From Candidatus Uhrbacteria bacterium (GTDB taxonomy: Bacteria; Patescibacteriota; Patescibacteriia; UBA9934; GWF2-40-263): a stretch of 64,000 bases of DNA. Shown here in pieces: positions 28,550 to 37,974 of this stretch. The position numbers and the translations under genes are program-made. The notes beneath the pieces are model-generated. The model had not been told where the DNA came from. It searched no databases and saw only the letters and a list, made by a program, of their open reading frames with translations. Every line of letters starts with the position of its first letter. Within the stretch, counting starts at the first letter, position 1. Where the stretch lies: contig JACPHX010000002.1 in NCBI GenBank assembly GCA_016188425.1, positions 2,373 through 66,372 of the forward strand, given 5' to 3'.

Positions 28550-31500
28550 TTACGGCGCCACGAGCTCTGCCGGAGCTTCTTCCGGCGCCGGCGCTTCAGG
28601 GGCTGGGGTAGGCGGCGCCTCAATCACGGGAACCGCAACAGGCACGTCCTCGACGACAGGTACCACCTCGGCGGCATCGTCTGTCGTGGCTGCATCTGGA
28701 GCGGGTTCAATTGGGGTCGGTTCTTCTTGGGCAGGATCCTGCTCCGCGCTGCTACTCCCCGGCTCTTCCGAAGGGGGGACCTCTGCCTCATCTTCTGAAG
28801 ACAAAGGTTCTTCAAATCCAGATGTTTCCGCCTCTGCAGGAACCGATTCTGCCTCCGGCTCCGTCCTGTGGACAGGGTCAGCTTCCGCCGAAGGCGCCCT
28901 TCCGTTGGTGATCCCGTTGTTGCGGCTGATGTTTCCATCCTTCACTGCAAGGGCGATCCAGCTGAAATTCAATTCCTGCGGAGCATCGACGTCGATGCTG
29001 ATATTGAACCCAAGCTTGGATTTGTTCGTGACGATATAGCGCAGACCGGAGCCAAAGATACTATCCATGCCCATGTCGCCGGATTCAAGCGAGAGGGTGA
29101 TGTTCACCGAAGGATCGTGGAGATAGGGCTCGGCAAAATCTACACGCACCGAACGCTGGCCTTGCGCGACCGCCGCGAACCCTGCCGTGTCTATATTGGC
29201 GGCGGCTTTACCGAACAACAAATCGCCATACACAATCGTTTCGGGGCTTGTGGCAGAACCGACCTGATCGAGCTCAAGCCCGCCGCCTAAGAGCAAGGAA
29301 CCGGAGACGACGAGCGATCCTTCCGCTTCTGTCGCGGACGAAACCAATGCTGATGTTCCACCCCATGGCGCGCTCGCCGAGAGGAACAACACCACGTTTC
29401 CTTCTCCTTCCCCGTCATATTCACTCATCGCGCGGCCGATAATCGGGGATCCTACTCCCGCCTTCACCGCGACGCCGTTCTTCCCAGAGGAGGTCAGATA
29501 ATCTCCTACATGGATGATGCCGTTCGCGGCAGAAGCGCGGACGGACACGCGCCCCGTGATCGCGACGCGAACTCCGTCAAATGTACCGTTACTAACCTCC
29601 ACGCCGGACGTTTTTGTAACGACGCCCACCATGAGGTCATCGGCGGCGAGTTTTGAAGGCTCGACTTTGGGGCCTTCTCCCGTCAAAGAGACGATCGTTC
29701 CCTCGGGGATTTCGGTGTTATCCGACGGGAACATCTGTGTCATGGCGCTCCCGGTGGAAAAATCCGCCGTCACTTTCTTGAGTTCCCAAGATTCTTTCAT
29801 GCCGTCGATGCCCAAATCCGTCTGGGCGGGGGTCAGGTCTTCCGCATCGGCGGGAGCCCCCTCTGGCGTCGCGGCATCGGCAACGGCCGCCTCGGGGGTC
29901 TGTTCATTGTCATCCTGCCACGCGCGGAAAAAATCGACGTCCATGGAGCCGCTCGCGCCGCCCGAGCGAGACTGCCAGTGGAACATCGGCGCCAAGCTTA
30001 TGGTCGGGATATTCGTCGAGCTGCCACCGTCGCACTCGGTGAAAGCCACCCCGTCGCTCACATCCGGATCGATAAAGAAATGGACATCGGAGGTGGAGCG
30101 GACTTCAACCATCATCAATGCGTACTGGGAAGTGGAAACGGTTTGTCCCGCGCACGCGACCGTCGTCTGCGTCCCGCCGGAAATGGTCACGCCGGCCCAT
30201 GTCGTCGACCCTTCCGTAGAAAAGCCGATGAAGTTCGTCGGAGCCGCCGTTAATCCGTCCGTCGAATCCGCCATGCCGGCATAGGCATAGAAATTCGCCC
30301 CCGTATTGTTCGGACGAAGCTTCATGAGCATGACGGGCAGGTTGTCTGCGTCCAAAACGGAACGCGCGTTGTTGAGCGCATCGTCCATCATCAACAGACA
30401 TCCGTTGCCTGAACCCGTGTTTGCTATGTTCACAATCCCGTTGATCGCATCATTGGTTGAAGTAAAGGTGCAGTTGGCATTCTCGTACGCCCCCCATCCG
30501 CCGCCGTCCCCGAGACCTGTTCCGGAAGCGCCGGTCGTATCTACCGTGATCGTTGTGCGCTTTTTTGAAAATTCCTCCTCGATTTTGGAGTTCCGATCGA
30601 TAAATGCGCCGGCGTTCATGGCCAACCCGAAATTCGTGTTGATATCCCGCGCCTGCAGCAGGTTATTCGTGCCATCGCTCCAAGCAAGCAGCCCGGCATC
30701 GACGAATTGCCAGGTGGGCGTCGAGCTGCGGAAACGAATACCGTCGCCGAACTGCGCCTGGCCGATCACTTCCAGTTCATCCGCCACGCGCAGGTCGCCT
30801 GCCCCACCGGACGCATAGCTGAACGCGGAATCGGATCCGACAATCACAGCAGCCGTGTTGTAGAACAGTCCGTTGGCGCCCACGGACCAGGCTGAACCCG
30901 TGATATCGCTTGTAAAGGCGACCGTTCCGGACCCATCCTTGAACGTAATCGTGCGGTCCGCCGTCGGCTCGATGAACGCGAACGTCGTCTCGTTGGCGTC
31001 TGCGACGGCGCCTTCAAACGTAAGCGGCGTCGTACCGCCGCCGATCGTGGCCGTAATCGTAAAAATATCGGACGCGGCATTCCCGATCGCGGTATTTCCG
31101 TTCACCGTAAGATCGCCTGCCGTGAGGACATCGCCCGTTGTTCCGGAGACGGTAAAGTTGGACGTATCGACCGCCATGCCGCCATCCAAGTTTACAAGCG
31201 CGGCGGTAGTCGCTCCGCGCCCGGTCACGGAGGCGAGCGTGGATGTATTGTTCACCGTGACGGTGTCTGTCGCGGAGGTCACGACGTTGATATCCGTTCC
31301 ATCGACGAATGTCATCGTGTCGCCATTGCTGATGGTCTGCGGAGTCGTGCCATCGGTGATGGTGAATGCGACGCCTCCGGAGGTGAGACAGGTGGCGCAG
31401 CCGATGTCGCCTGCCGCGCTTAAAGTAACCGGGGACGTTGCGGACACCGCCACGGTACCAGAGGCATTGGGGAACGTGATGGTTCGATCGGCCGTGGGAT

Positions 31501-31775
31501 CCGCGACCGCAAACGTGGTTTCAAACGCATCTACCGTCGCCCCCTCAAAGACAAGCGGTGAGCCGCCAAGCACGGTCGCATTGAACGTGACGGTATCTGC
31601 TGCATCGGAACCGATGTAGGCATTTCCAATAACTTCGATCTCATCTGCCACGCGTAAATCACCAATGCCACCGGAGGCGAAGCTGAACGCAACATCGGTG
31701 CCGACGATCACCGCCTTGTCATCTTCAAAGACGCCCATCGCGCCATCTTCCCAAAGATTCGTTCCGATGTCGGAA
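28550..31775 (-). CDS. giant fibre-like surface protein, C-terminal part (after the frameshift)
   Basis: FEGAT.DAFETT..DPTADRTITF repeats; chaperone/peptidase-G2-like C-terminal segment (VAITGRVSV...GDYLTSS...IIGRAM); acidic Pro-rich tail. Confidence 0.75.
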
Positions 31776-32367
31776 ATCCGCAAAGGCGAACGTCGATTCA
31801 AAGGCATCAACCGTTCCCCCTTCAAAGACAAGTGGGGATGCACCTAAATAGACCGCTCCGGTGAAGTCGTAGTTCCCAGTTCCCGTGTCTCCCGTGTTAA
31901 AGAGGAACACATCGTTGACGTTGACCGAGTCCCCGCTGACCGTGGTATTCGTTCCGTTGGAAAGATTAGTGTCATCCGATATATCCACCGATCCATTCGC
32001 AATCATCGTTCCGGTCACGGAACCGGCATCTCCTGTCGTCACAACCGTGCCGGTGACGTCCGGGACTGTAATGACGCGATCTGCCGTCGGATCGGTGATG
32101 GCGAGTGTTGTCTCGAACGCATTCGCCGTGGCTCCTTCAAAGACAAACGGGGAGCCGCCCAGGATGGTTGCATTCAATGTGACGGTATCCGCCGCATCGG
32201 ATCCGATGTACGCATTGCCAATGACCTCGATCTCATCTGCCACGCGTAAATCACCAATGCCACCGGAGGCGAAGCTGAACGCAACATCGGTGCCGACGAT
32301 CACCGCCTTGTCATCTTCAAAGACGCCCATCGCGCCATCTTCCCAAAGATTCGTTCCGATGTCGGAA
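31635..32367. repeat. two identical 141-nt blocks (31635-31775 and 32227-32367)
   Basis: Direct base-by-base comparison; offset 592 nt, not a multiple of 3. Confidence 0.85.
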
Positions 32368-33713
32368 GTCGGATCCGCGAACGCGAACGTCGATTCGAAA
32401 GCGTCAACGGTTCCTCCTTCAAAGACGAGCGGGGACGCGCCTTGCAGCACCGCTCCCGTGAAGTCATAATCCCCCGTTCCCGTATCACCTGTGTTCATCA
32501 AGAACACGTCGTTCACATCAATCGAATCCCCGTTGACGGTGGTATTCGTCCCGTTGGAAAGATTCGTGTCATTCGAGATATCCACCGACCCGTTGGCGAT
32601 CATCGCCCCTGTGACGGAACCCGTGTCACCTGTGGTCACGACGGTGCCGGTGACGTCTGGGAAGGTAATCGTCTGATCCGCAGTAGGATCCACGAGAGCC
32701 AGAGTCAACTCAAACGTATCCGCCGTGGCGCCTTCCAAAACCCAAGGAGCTGCGCCGAAAAAAACAGCGCCGGAAAAATCATAGTTCCCCGTCGCGACAT
32801 CGCCTGTGTTGAAAAGATAACTGTCGGCGATATCAAGCGTGACCGTATCGGTAATGCTGTCCCCTGTAACAGTGATGTTTGCTGATCCAGCAGAGAGGGA
32901 AAGCGTGTCCGTCGCCGAATCAGCGACTGGGGCCGTTCCAGACGTGGTCGCGATCGTCTCAAAAAGATTCTGCGAACCAGCAATATCGGAAAGGAAGGCG
33001 ACGGTTCCGCTCGCATCCTGAAAGGTGATCGTCCGATCCGCGGTCGGATCCGTCATGGCGAACGTCGTCTCGAACGCATCTGCCGTCGCACCCTCAAAGA
33101 CGAGCGGCGACCCGGTCTGCAAAGACGCGCCGGAAAAATCAAAATCCCCCGTGGCGGTATCGCCCGCACTGGCAAGGAAATCCGCCGCTCCCATCCCTTC
33201 CAGGGTCCCGGCGTTTATCGCGTAGCCAGACGAACGGATCCTCTGGCGTGGAGAGAGGTTTTCAAACACAGCCAAGGCACAGGAACCCGCTACCTGATCC
33301 CCGACCTCCACGTTGAGATAGGCCTCGTCAGTGGATTGGAAATTGAAATCCAGAAGATCCCCGCCTGCGCCCACATCGCCGATACCCGCGGTAAAGACGC
33401 CCTCTGTCACTTCGATGGTCATGGTCGAGGGCGCGCCAGCCGGCCACAGCTGCGCATCCCCCCCTCCGACCGTTTCATCATCAAAAAACGAAAATTTGAA
33501 ACAGTAATCCGTTCCGCTGGAGCCACCCAATAAATTCCCAGAACCATCCAATAGTCTTCCTTGATAGGTTACTTCTTCCGGAACGCCAACCGCCGCGCGC
33601 GCAGCGAATGCTGGAATGAAATACGACAAAAACACGACAAGCAAGGCCGTGGTAGTGATTTTAAAAATTCCCTTTTGTCTTCGGTGCATGAGTGCCTCCA
33701 CAAAATGGAACAC
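31725..33713 (-). CDS. giant fibre-like surface protein, N-terminal part
   Basis: Signal peptide, TYQGRLLDG, LSPRQRI.SSGYA, same repeats; frameshift near 31776. Confidence 0.75.
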   Translation of the reverse strand: MFHFVEALMHRRQKGIFKITTTALLVVFLSYFIPAFAARAAVGVPEEVTYQGRLLDGSGNLLGGSSGTDYCFKFSFFDDETVGGGDAQLWPAGAPSTMTIEVTEGVFTAGIGDVGAGGDLLDFNFQSTDEAYLNVEVGDQVAGSCALAVFENLSPRQRIRSSGYAINAGTLEGMGAADFLASAGDTATGDFDFSGASLQTGSPLVFEGATADAFETTFAMTDPTADRTITFQDASGTVAFLSDIAGSQNLFETIATTSGTAPVADSATDTLSLSAGSANITVTGDSITDTVTLDIADSYLFNTGDVATGNYDFSGAVFFGAAPWVLEGATADTFELTLALVDPTADQTITFPDVTGTVVTTGDTGSVTGAMIANGSVDISNDTNLSNGTNTTVNGDSIDVNDVFLMNTGDTGTGDYDFTGAVLQGASPLVFEGGTVDAFESTFAFADPTSDIGTNLWEDGAMGVFEDDKAVIVGTDVAFSFASGGIGDLRVADEIEVIGNAYIGSDAADTVTLNATILGGSPFVFEGATANAFETTLAITDPTADRVITVPDVTGTVVTTGDAGSVTGTMIANGSVDISDDTNLSNGTNTTVSGDSVNVNDVFLFNTGDTGTGNYDFTGAVYLGASPLVFEGGTVDAFESTFAFADFRHRNESLGRWRDGRL

Positions 33714-33810
33714 GGCAGAACAAGCGTCTGCTTCCGTTACAGAGAAAGTATATCACACAATTTTTTTCTCTCCCACAAAATGAAAAATCGATCACAAGAT
33801 CGATTTTTCA

Positions 33811-33887
33811 TGGTGCGGGCAGAGGGAGTCGAACCCCCAACCCTCAGCTTCGAAGGCTGATGCTCTATCCAGTTGAGCTATGCCCGC
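33811..33887 (-). tRNA. tRNA-Arg(UCG)
   Basis: GCGGGCA/TGCCCGC-ACCA; TCAGC-CTTCGAA-GCTGA; terminator-like inverted repeat at 33781-33810. Confidence 0.95.
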
Positions 33888-33891
33888 CTAT

Positions 33892-34125
33892 GGCTGGAGG
33901 CCCTAGAATCGCGATCTGCTGGCTTACGTCTCCGCGCCAGGCCTCAACGTACCATTGAGGTACGCCTCGGCCTGGTGCTCGCCGTGCGCCAGCATCTCAT
34001 CGATTCTAGAGCCTCCAGCCCGATGTGTTCGTGTGAATAATGGCCTAGATCCATAACGGCCGGAGCGCCTAGAATCGCGATCTGTGGCTTGCGCCGACAT
34101 TTCAATGATTCTAGGCATCCCGGCC
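33892..34125 (-). ncRNA. two homologous long hairpins in the tRNA-Arg leader
   Basis: Hairpins at 33892-34020 and 34058-34125 share CTAGAATC...GATCGCGATTCTAG; GCAA tetraloop on the minus strand. Confidence 0.55.
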
Positions 34126-34141
34126 TTTTGTTTGTGGCCGA

Positions 34142-34185
34142 ACTTTAGCAACTTTCTTGACGATGCGCAAGAATATTGGCATTCT
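34142..34185. promoter_or_regulatory. overlapping divergent sigma70 promoters
   Basis: Minus strand TTGCGC-17-TAAAGT; plus strand TTGACG-17-CATTCT; both have a TG extension. Confidence 0.6.
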
Positions 34186-34197
34186 TTTCGCACCTAG

Positions 34198-34273
34198 GCA
34201 CTGGTAGCTCAGCTGGTAGAGCAGCGGACTCTTAATCCGTTGGTCGCGGGTTCGAATCCCGCCCGGTGCACCA
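34198..34273 (+). tRNA. tRNA-Lys(CUU)
   Basis: GCACTGG/CCGGTGC-ACCA; GCGGA-CTCTTAA-TCCGT. Confidence 0.95.
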
Positions 34274-34447
34274 GCATAAAGCCATCAACTTGAGTAGCTG
34301 CAGAATCGGCAGAGGTCTGCCGGCCCCTGTGGATAATCTAGTTGGTGGCTTTTTGTTTGCAGATTTGATGGGTTACTTGCTTTCTCTCTATAAAAAGAGG
34401 GAGGATGGGACGGTTCGAATCCTCATTGCCTCAAACTGTCATTGTGT

Positions 34448-34627
34448 ATGCCACTCGAACCTAAACCGAATTCACGCGTTTCAATCACAAGCCTTAAATC
34501 GAGCCATATCAAACGCATCCGCGCAGCCATTGAGAAGGAATCTGGCCAGCTGCTCGATCTTACCGATACGGAACTGGAGGTGTATGCGGTGGAGATTTTG
34601 AGAGCGATGGATGTTGTATATTTATGA
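34448..34627 (+). CDS. small hypothetical protein
   Basis: 59 aa, helical; start uncertain. Confidence 0.5.
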   Translation: MPLEPKPNSRVSITSLKSSHIKRIRAAIEKESGQLLDLTDTELEVYAVEILRAMDVVYL

Positions 34628-34646
34628 AACAATGACTCCCCATTCT

Positions 34647-34928
34647 ATGAATGTAGATCATGTTATTCTACTTATTTCGTTAGGAATACCTGCTTGTTTG
34701 ATTGCATTCTGTTGGTGCGTTTTACTTTTTACGATGCGTAGGACTACTGGTGAATTGAGACTATTTCTTTCCGCGGAAAATCTGGTTAAAGGCATGGTTG
34801 TTATATTTGTCTTACTAACTACAACTGCCCTGAGTATTCTGGGCATACTCTCGGGCGAGTTAGCTGGTACTATTATTGGTGGCATTATTGGATATACTCT
34901 TGGAACTAAGTTTTCTGTGGAAAAATAG
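34647..34928 (+). CDS. small membrane protein
   Basis: Three hydrophobic segments; GTIIGGIIGYTLG. Confidence 0.7.
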   Translation: MNVDHVILLISLGIPACLIAFCWCVLLFTMRRTTGELRLFLSAENLVKGMVVIFVLLTTTALSILGILSGELAGTIIGGIIGYTLGTKFSVEK

Positions 34929-34932
34929 TAGT

Positions 34933-35151
34933 ATGAAAATTTTGCTCAGTATGTTGGTGGCGGTCGGATTCGTTGTGGGAATAATCATTGGCGGTTCTCT
35001 AAAAGGTAAGGAGAACTCGGATTGTTATAAGTTTTCTCTGCTCCAAGCCGTGTCCCAGGTTGATCAAGGTGGTTATATTGCTGATGTGCAGGCTCGACAA
35101 AAGGCACAAGATGAAGCGTTGGTTCCGTTACTCACGACTTGCCTCCAATGA
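34933..35151 (+). CDS. small secreted or membrane protein
   Basis: N-terminal hydrophobic helix; two Cys. Confidence 0.6.
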   Translation: MKILLSMLVAVGFVVGIIIGGSLKGKENSDCYKFSLLQAVSQVDQGGYIADVQARQKAQDEALVPLLTTCLQ

Positions 35152-35226
35152 TAAGATACATGTTTCAATGCCACTCCTTTCGTGTTGATTGATGTTGCAA
35201 TTTATCGTACGCTGGAAAAAAGACTT

Positions 35227-35415
35227 ATGGATCTCAAACAACAGTTTTTGAAGGTGTATTCAACGCTTCCTTTAGGCATACGTAAAGAGATCGTGATTGT
35301 TTTAGATGCGCCGGTGGGACCGGTCAGTTGGGAGGCGGCATACCTCGAAGTTGAAAACCGTACCGCTGTTTCCGAAGTGATTCTAACGAAGCTTCACGAG
35401 CTTCAAATCATATGA
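35227..35415 (+). CDS. small hypothetical protein A of a three-gene operon
   Basis: 62 aa; ATGA overlap with the next gene. Confidence 0.75.
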   Translation: MDLKQQFLKVYSTLPLGIRKEIVIVLDAPVGPVSWEAAYLEVENRTAVSEVILTKLHELQII

Positions 35416-35645
35416 CCGACAATCAAAAAATCGATACACGGTACTCGGATGAAGAAATCCGTAAGTTGGTCGTGGCGCGACTCTCCGTGCTTTCTTCAGA
35501 TATGCAGATTTCGATTGGCTCCTCTGGTACCTTTACGCGTGACGAGCTCATTGGGCACGTGAACGCAAACGATGATCTTGGACGGAAGATCGAAGAGATC
35601 GAACTCGAGTGGTTGCGCTCGTGGAAAGATAAGGCACACGTATGA
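35412..35645 (+). CDS. small hypothetical protein B of a three-gene operon
   Basis: 77 aa; ATGA overlaps at both ends. Confidence 0.8.
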   Translation: MTDNQKIDTRYSDEEIRKLVVARLSVLSSDMQISIGSSGTFTRDELIGHVNANDDLGRKIEEIELEWLRSWKDKAHV

Positions 35646-36283
35646 TGCTTGTGACGCGGCCAGACTACGATCCGGCGACACGGTATCTTTCCGCATGGTC
35701 TTCCATCTTGATGGAGGAGGCAGAGCGTCGAAAATTACGAGTCATTGATCTTCCGGGCGAGAAAGCAAGAAAGGCCGACCTTGTGGGTCGGATCAACAAA
35801 TTAAAGCCTGATTTACTCGTCTTGAACGGGCATGGGAGCGACGAATGTATTGCTGGACAAGATGCGGAGGTTCTCGTGAAGGCCAAGGACAACGCCGTGC
35901 TCCTCAAAGGAAAGGTGACGTACGCGGTCTCCTGCAATTCCGCCGCTGTTTTGGGAGAGGAAGTCGGCACCTACTCTGACACGGCGTATATAGGTTTTGA
36001 GAATGAATTCGCGATAATCCAATCGCAGGACCATGCGAGCCGTCCCCTGGATGATCCGTTCGCGAAGCCCTTCATGGAATTTTCGAATCAGGTGGTGACG
36101 GGTCTTCTTAAAGGACACAAAACAGCGGAGTGTGTGAGTCGTGCGAAGGAGACGGGTAAGGCGAAGATCAACGCGCTTCTCACCAGCGATTCCGATCCTG
36201 ACAAGCAGGCGATCGCACGGTATCTTTGGTGGGATATTCAAGGACTTGTGTGTAAAGGTGACCAGAATAAGAAGATATTATAG
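35642..36283 (+). CDS. stand-alone caspase/gingipain-like (clan CD) cysteine protease
   Basis: LLVLNGHG and TYAVSC dyad, AYIGF, C-terminal LVCKGD. Confidence 0.65.
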   Translation: MMLVTRPDYDPATRYLSAWSSILMEEAERRKLRVIDLPGEKARKADLVGRINKLKPDLLVLNGHGSDECIAGQDAEVLVKAKDNAVLLKGKVTYAVSCNSAAVLGEEVGTYSDTAYIGFENEFAIIQSQDHASRPLDDPFAKPFMEFSNQVVTGLLKGHKTAECVSRAKETGKAKINALLTSDSDPDKQAIARYLWWDIQGLVCKGDQNKKIL

Positions 36284-36330
36284 AAGAAAATTCGCAACCA
36301 GTGTTTCGACTTCATCCACGTTAGTGCACC

Positions 36331-36364
36331 AGAAAAGACACTCTATTTTTGGAGTGTCTTTTCT
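36331..36364. terminator. bidirectional terminator
   Basis: AGAAAAGACACTC...GAGTGTCTTTTCT. Confidence 0.8.
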
Positions 36365-37139
36365 ATGTTCCTGCTATCTCAATCCCCACCGGACAATGGT
36401 CCGACCCCATCACGTCATTGAGAATAAACGCCTTCTTGATCCGTTTCATGATCGCCTTATCCGCCCAAAAATAATCGATTCTCCACCCAATATTCCTCGT
36501 CCGAGCGTACGTCTTCATATCCCACCAGGAATAGGCCTCGATCGTCTTTGGGTGCAGCGAACGGAAGGTGTCGACATACCCGTGTTTCTCAAGCTTATCC
36601 AACCACTTGCGTTCCATGGGAAGAAACCCGGATGTCTTCTCGTTCTCTTTCGGATGCGACAAATCGACAGGACGATGCGCGGTGTTTACATCCCCGCAGA
36701 TGATGACGGGTTTGTGTTTGCGATACCCCTCGATGAAGCCGAGGAACCGATCGTAAAAATGCATCTTAAAATCCAACCGCTCGCGATTGCGCGCGCCGTT
36801 TGGGAAATACACATTGAAAAGATAAAAATCCTTGTGCTCTGTCAGAATGATGCGCCCCTCCCCATCGAGCGTCAGGTCGCCGAAGTTCGACATCTCCATG
36901 AGCGGCTTCTCTTTCGAGAAGGTCGCGGTTCCACTGTACCCCTTCTTCAACGCCGAATTCCAAATCCCCATGTAGCCGTCGGGATGGATGATGTCGTGGG
37001 AGAGTTGCTCGACATGGGCTTTCGTTTCTTGAAGGCACAGGATGTCGGGGCTCGCTTCTTGAAGCCAGGGGAGGAAACCTTTTTTCACGGCGGCGCGGAC
37101 GCCGTTCACGTTCCAAGAAAGCAGGGTCATGTTTTTCAT
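36363..37139 (-). CDS. xth: exodeoxyribonuclease III
   Basis: SWNVNG, LQETK, GDVNTAH, WRIDY, SDHCP. Confidence 0.96.
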   Translation of the reverse strand: MKNMTLLSWNVNGVRAAVKKGFLPWLQEASPDILCLQETKAHVEQLSHDIIHPDGYMGIWNSALKKGYSGTATFSKEKPLMEMSNFGDLTLDGEGRIILTEHKDFYLFNVYFPNGARNRERLDFKMHFYDRFLGFIEGYRKHKPVIICGDVNTAHRPVDLSHPKENEKTSGFLPMERKWLDKLEKHGYVDTFRSLHPKTIEAYSWWDMKTYARTRNIGWRIDYFWADKAIMKRIKKAFILNDVMGSDHCPVGIEIAGT

Positions 37140-37242
37140 AGGTGAGGTTTCAGACGTCGCAGAGGTTTCAGACGTTTCAGAGGCACATGCCTTCAAACGC
37201 CTCTGTCGCCTCTGGGGCGTCTGCGACCTCTGCTGCCACAAC

Positions 37243-37932
37243 CTACCACCCTTTCTCCGCCAACGCCTTCGCGGCCGCATCCACCTGCGCTTCATGCTTG
37301 GACAGTCCCGTTCCTTTGGCGACCTGCTCTTTCTCCAAATAGACTCCGACGATGAAGGTCTTGGAGTGGTCCGGGCCTTCCTCCGAGAGGACTTTGTACG
37401 AGGGCGTGATACCCACATGCTCCTGGGCGGCTTCTTGGAAGCGGCTTTTGGGATCGATGTAGAGGCGGTGTTCGAGGATGCGTGGAAGATGCACCATGAC
37501 GGTGCGAAGGATGAATTGCTTGGACGGTTCCCATCCTTGGTCGAGATAAATGGCGCCGATAAGCGCCTCGAAGGCGTTGGCGAGGATGTAGCGGCGCGCC
37601 TTCGTGTCCTTGTCGCGGGACTCTCCCCGGGAAAGGAGCAGATCCCCCTCGATATCGAGACTGTGGCAAATTTCGGCGAGCATGTCGGCGTTTACCAGCG
37701 ACGCGCGCCAATTGGTGAGTTCCCCTTCCGGGTTCTCGTAGTTCTGATACAGGTATTCTGTCACGACGAGTTCAAGAACGGCATCGCCCAAAAATTCTAA
37801 ACGCTCGTTGTGGCCAAGCTCAAAAGACGGGTGTTCGTTCAAATACGATCGGTGAACAAGGGCTTGGCGTAAGGTATCTTTATTCTGAAACGTCACGCCG
37901 AGAACTTGTTCGATGTGGGAGAGATCGCTCAT
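37243..37932 (-). CDS. rnc: ribonuclease III
   Basis: NERLEFLGDAVL; dsRBD. Confidence 0.97.
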   Translation of the reverse strand: MSDLSHIEQVLGVTFQNKDTLRQALVHRSYLNEHPSFELGHNERLEFLGDAVLELVVTEYLYQNYENPEGELTNWRASLVNADMLAEICHSLDIEGDLLLSRGESRDKDTKARRYILANAFEALIGAIYLDQGWEPSKQFILRTVMVHLPRILEHRLYIDPKSRFQEAAQEHVGITPSYKVLSEEGPDHSKTFIVGVYLEKEQVAKGTGLSKHEAQVDAAAKALAEKGW

Positions 37933-37937
37933 AAGAC

Positions 37938-37974
37938 ATCGTTACGGATTACGGAAGTATACGGAATTACGGAA
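37938..37974. repeat. TACGGA-based tandem element, copy 2 (just upstream of rnc)
   Basis: Near-identical to 16018-16054. Confidence 0.8.

Larger units (their letters stand above)
34274..36332. mobile_element. small accessory islet at the tRNA-Lys 3' end (no integrase)
   Basis: Visibly AT-richer left half; GTGCACCAG from the tRNA end recurs at 36324-36332 directly before a terminator. Confidence 0.45.

Noticed and set aside
31635-32367. DGR template/variable repeat pair
   Set aside because: The copies are identical with no adenine-specific changes, and no reverse transcriptase is present.
33892-34125. Integron attC sites or a CRISPR array
   Set aside because: No RYYYAAC/GTTRRRY boxes, only two unequal units, and no integrase or cas genes.
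33924-34193. 89-aa ORF
   Set aside because: It overlaps the promoters and hairpins and shows no coding features.
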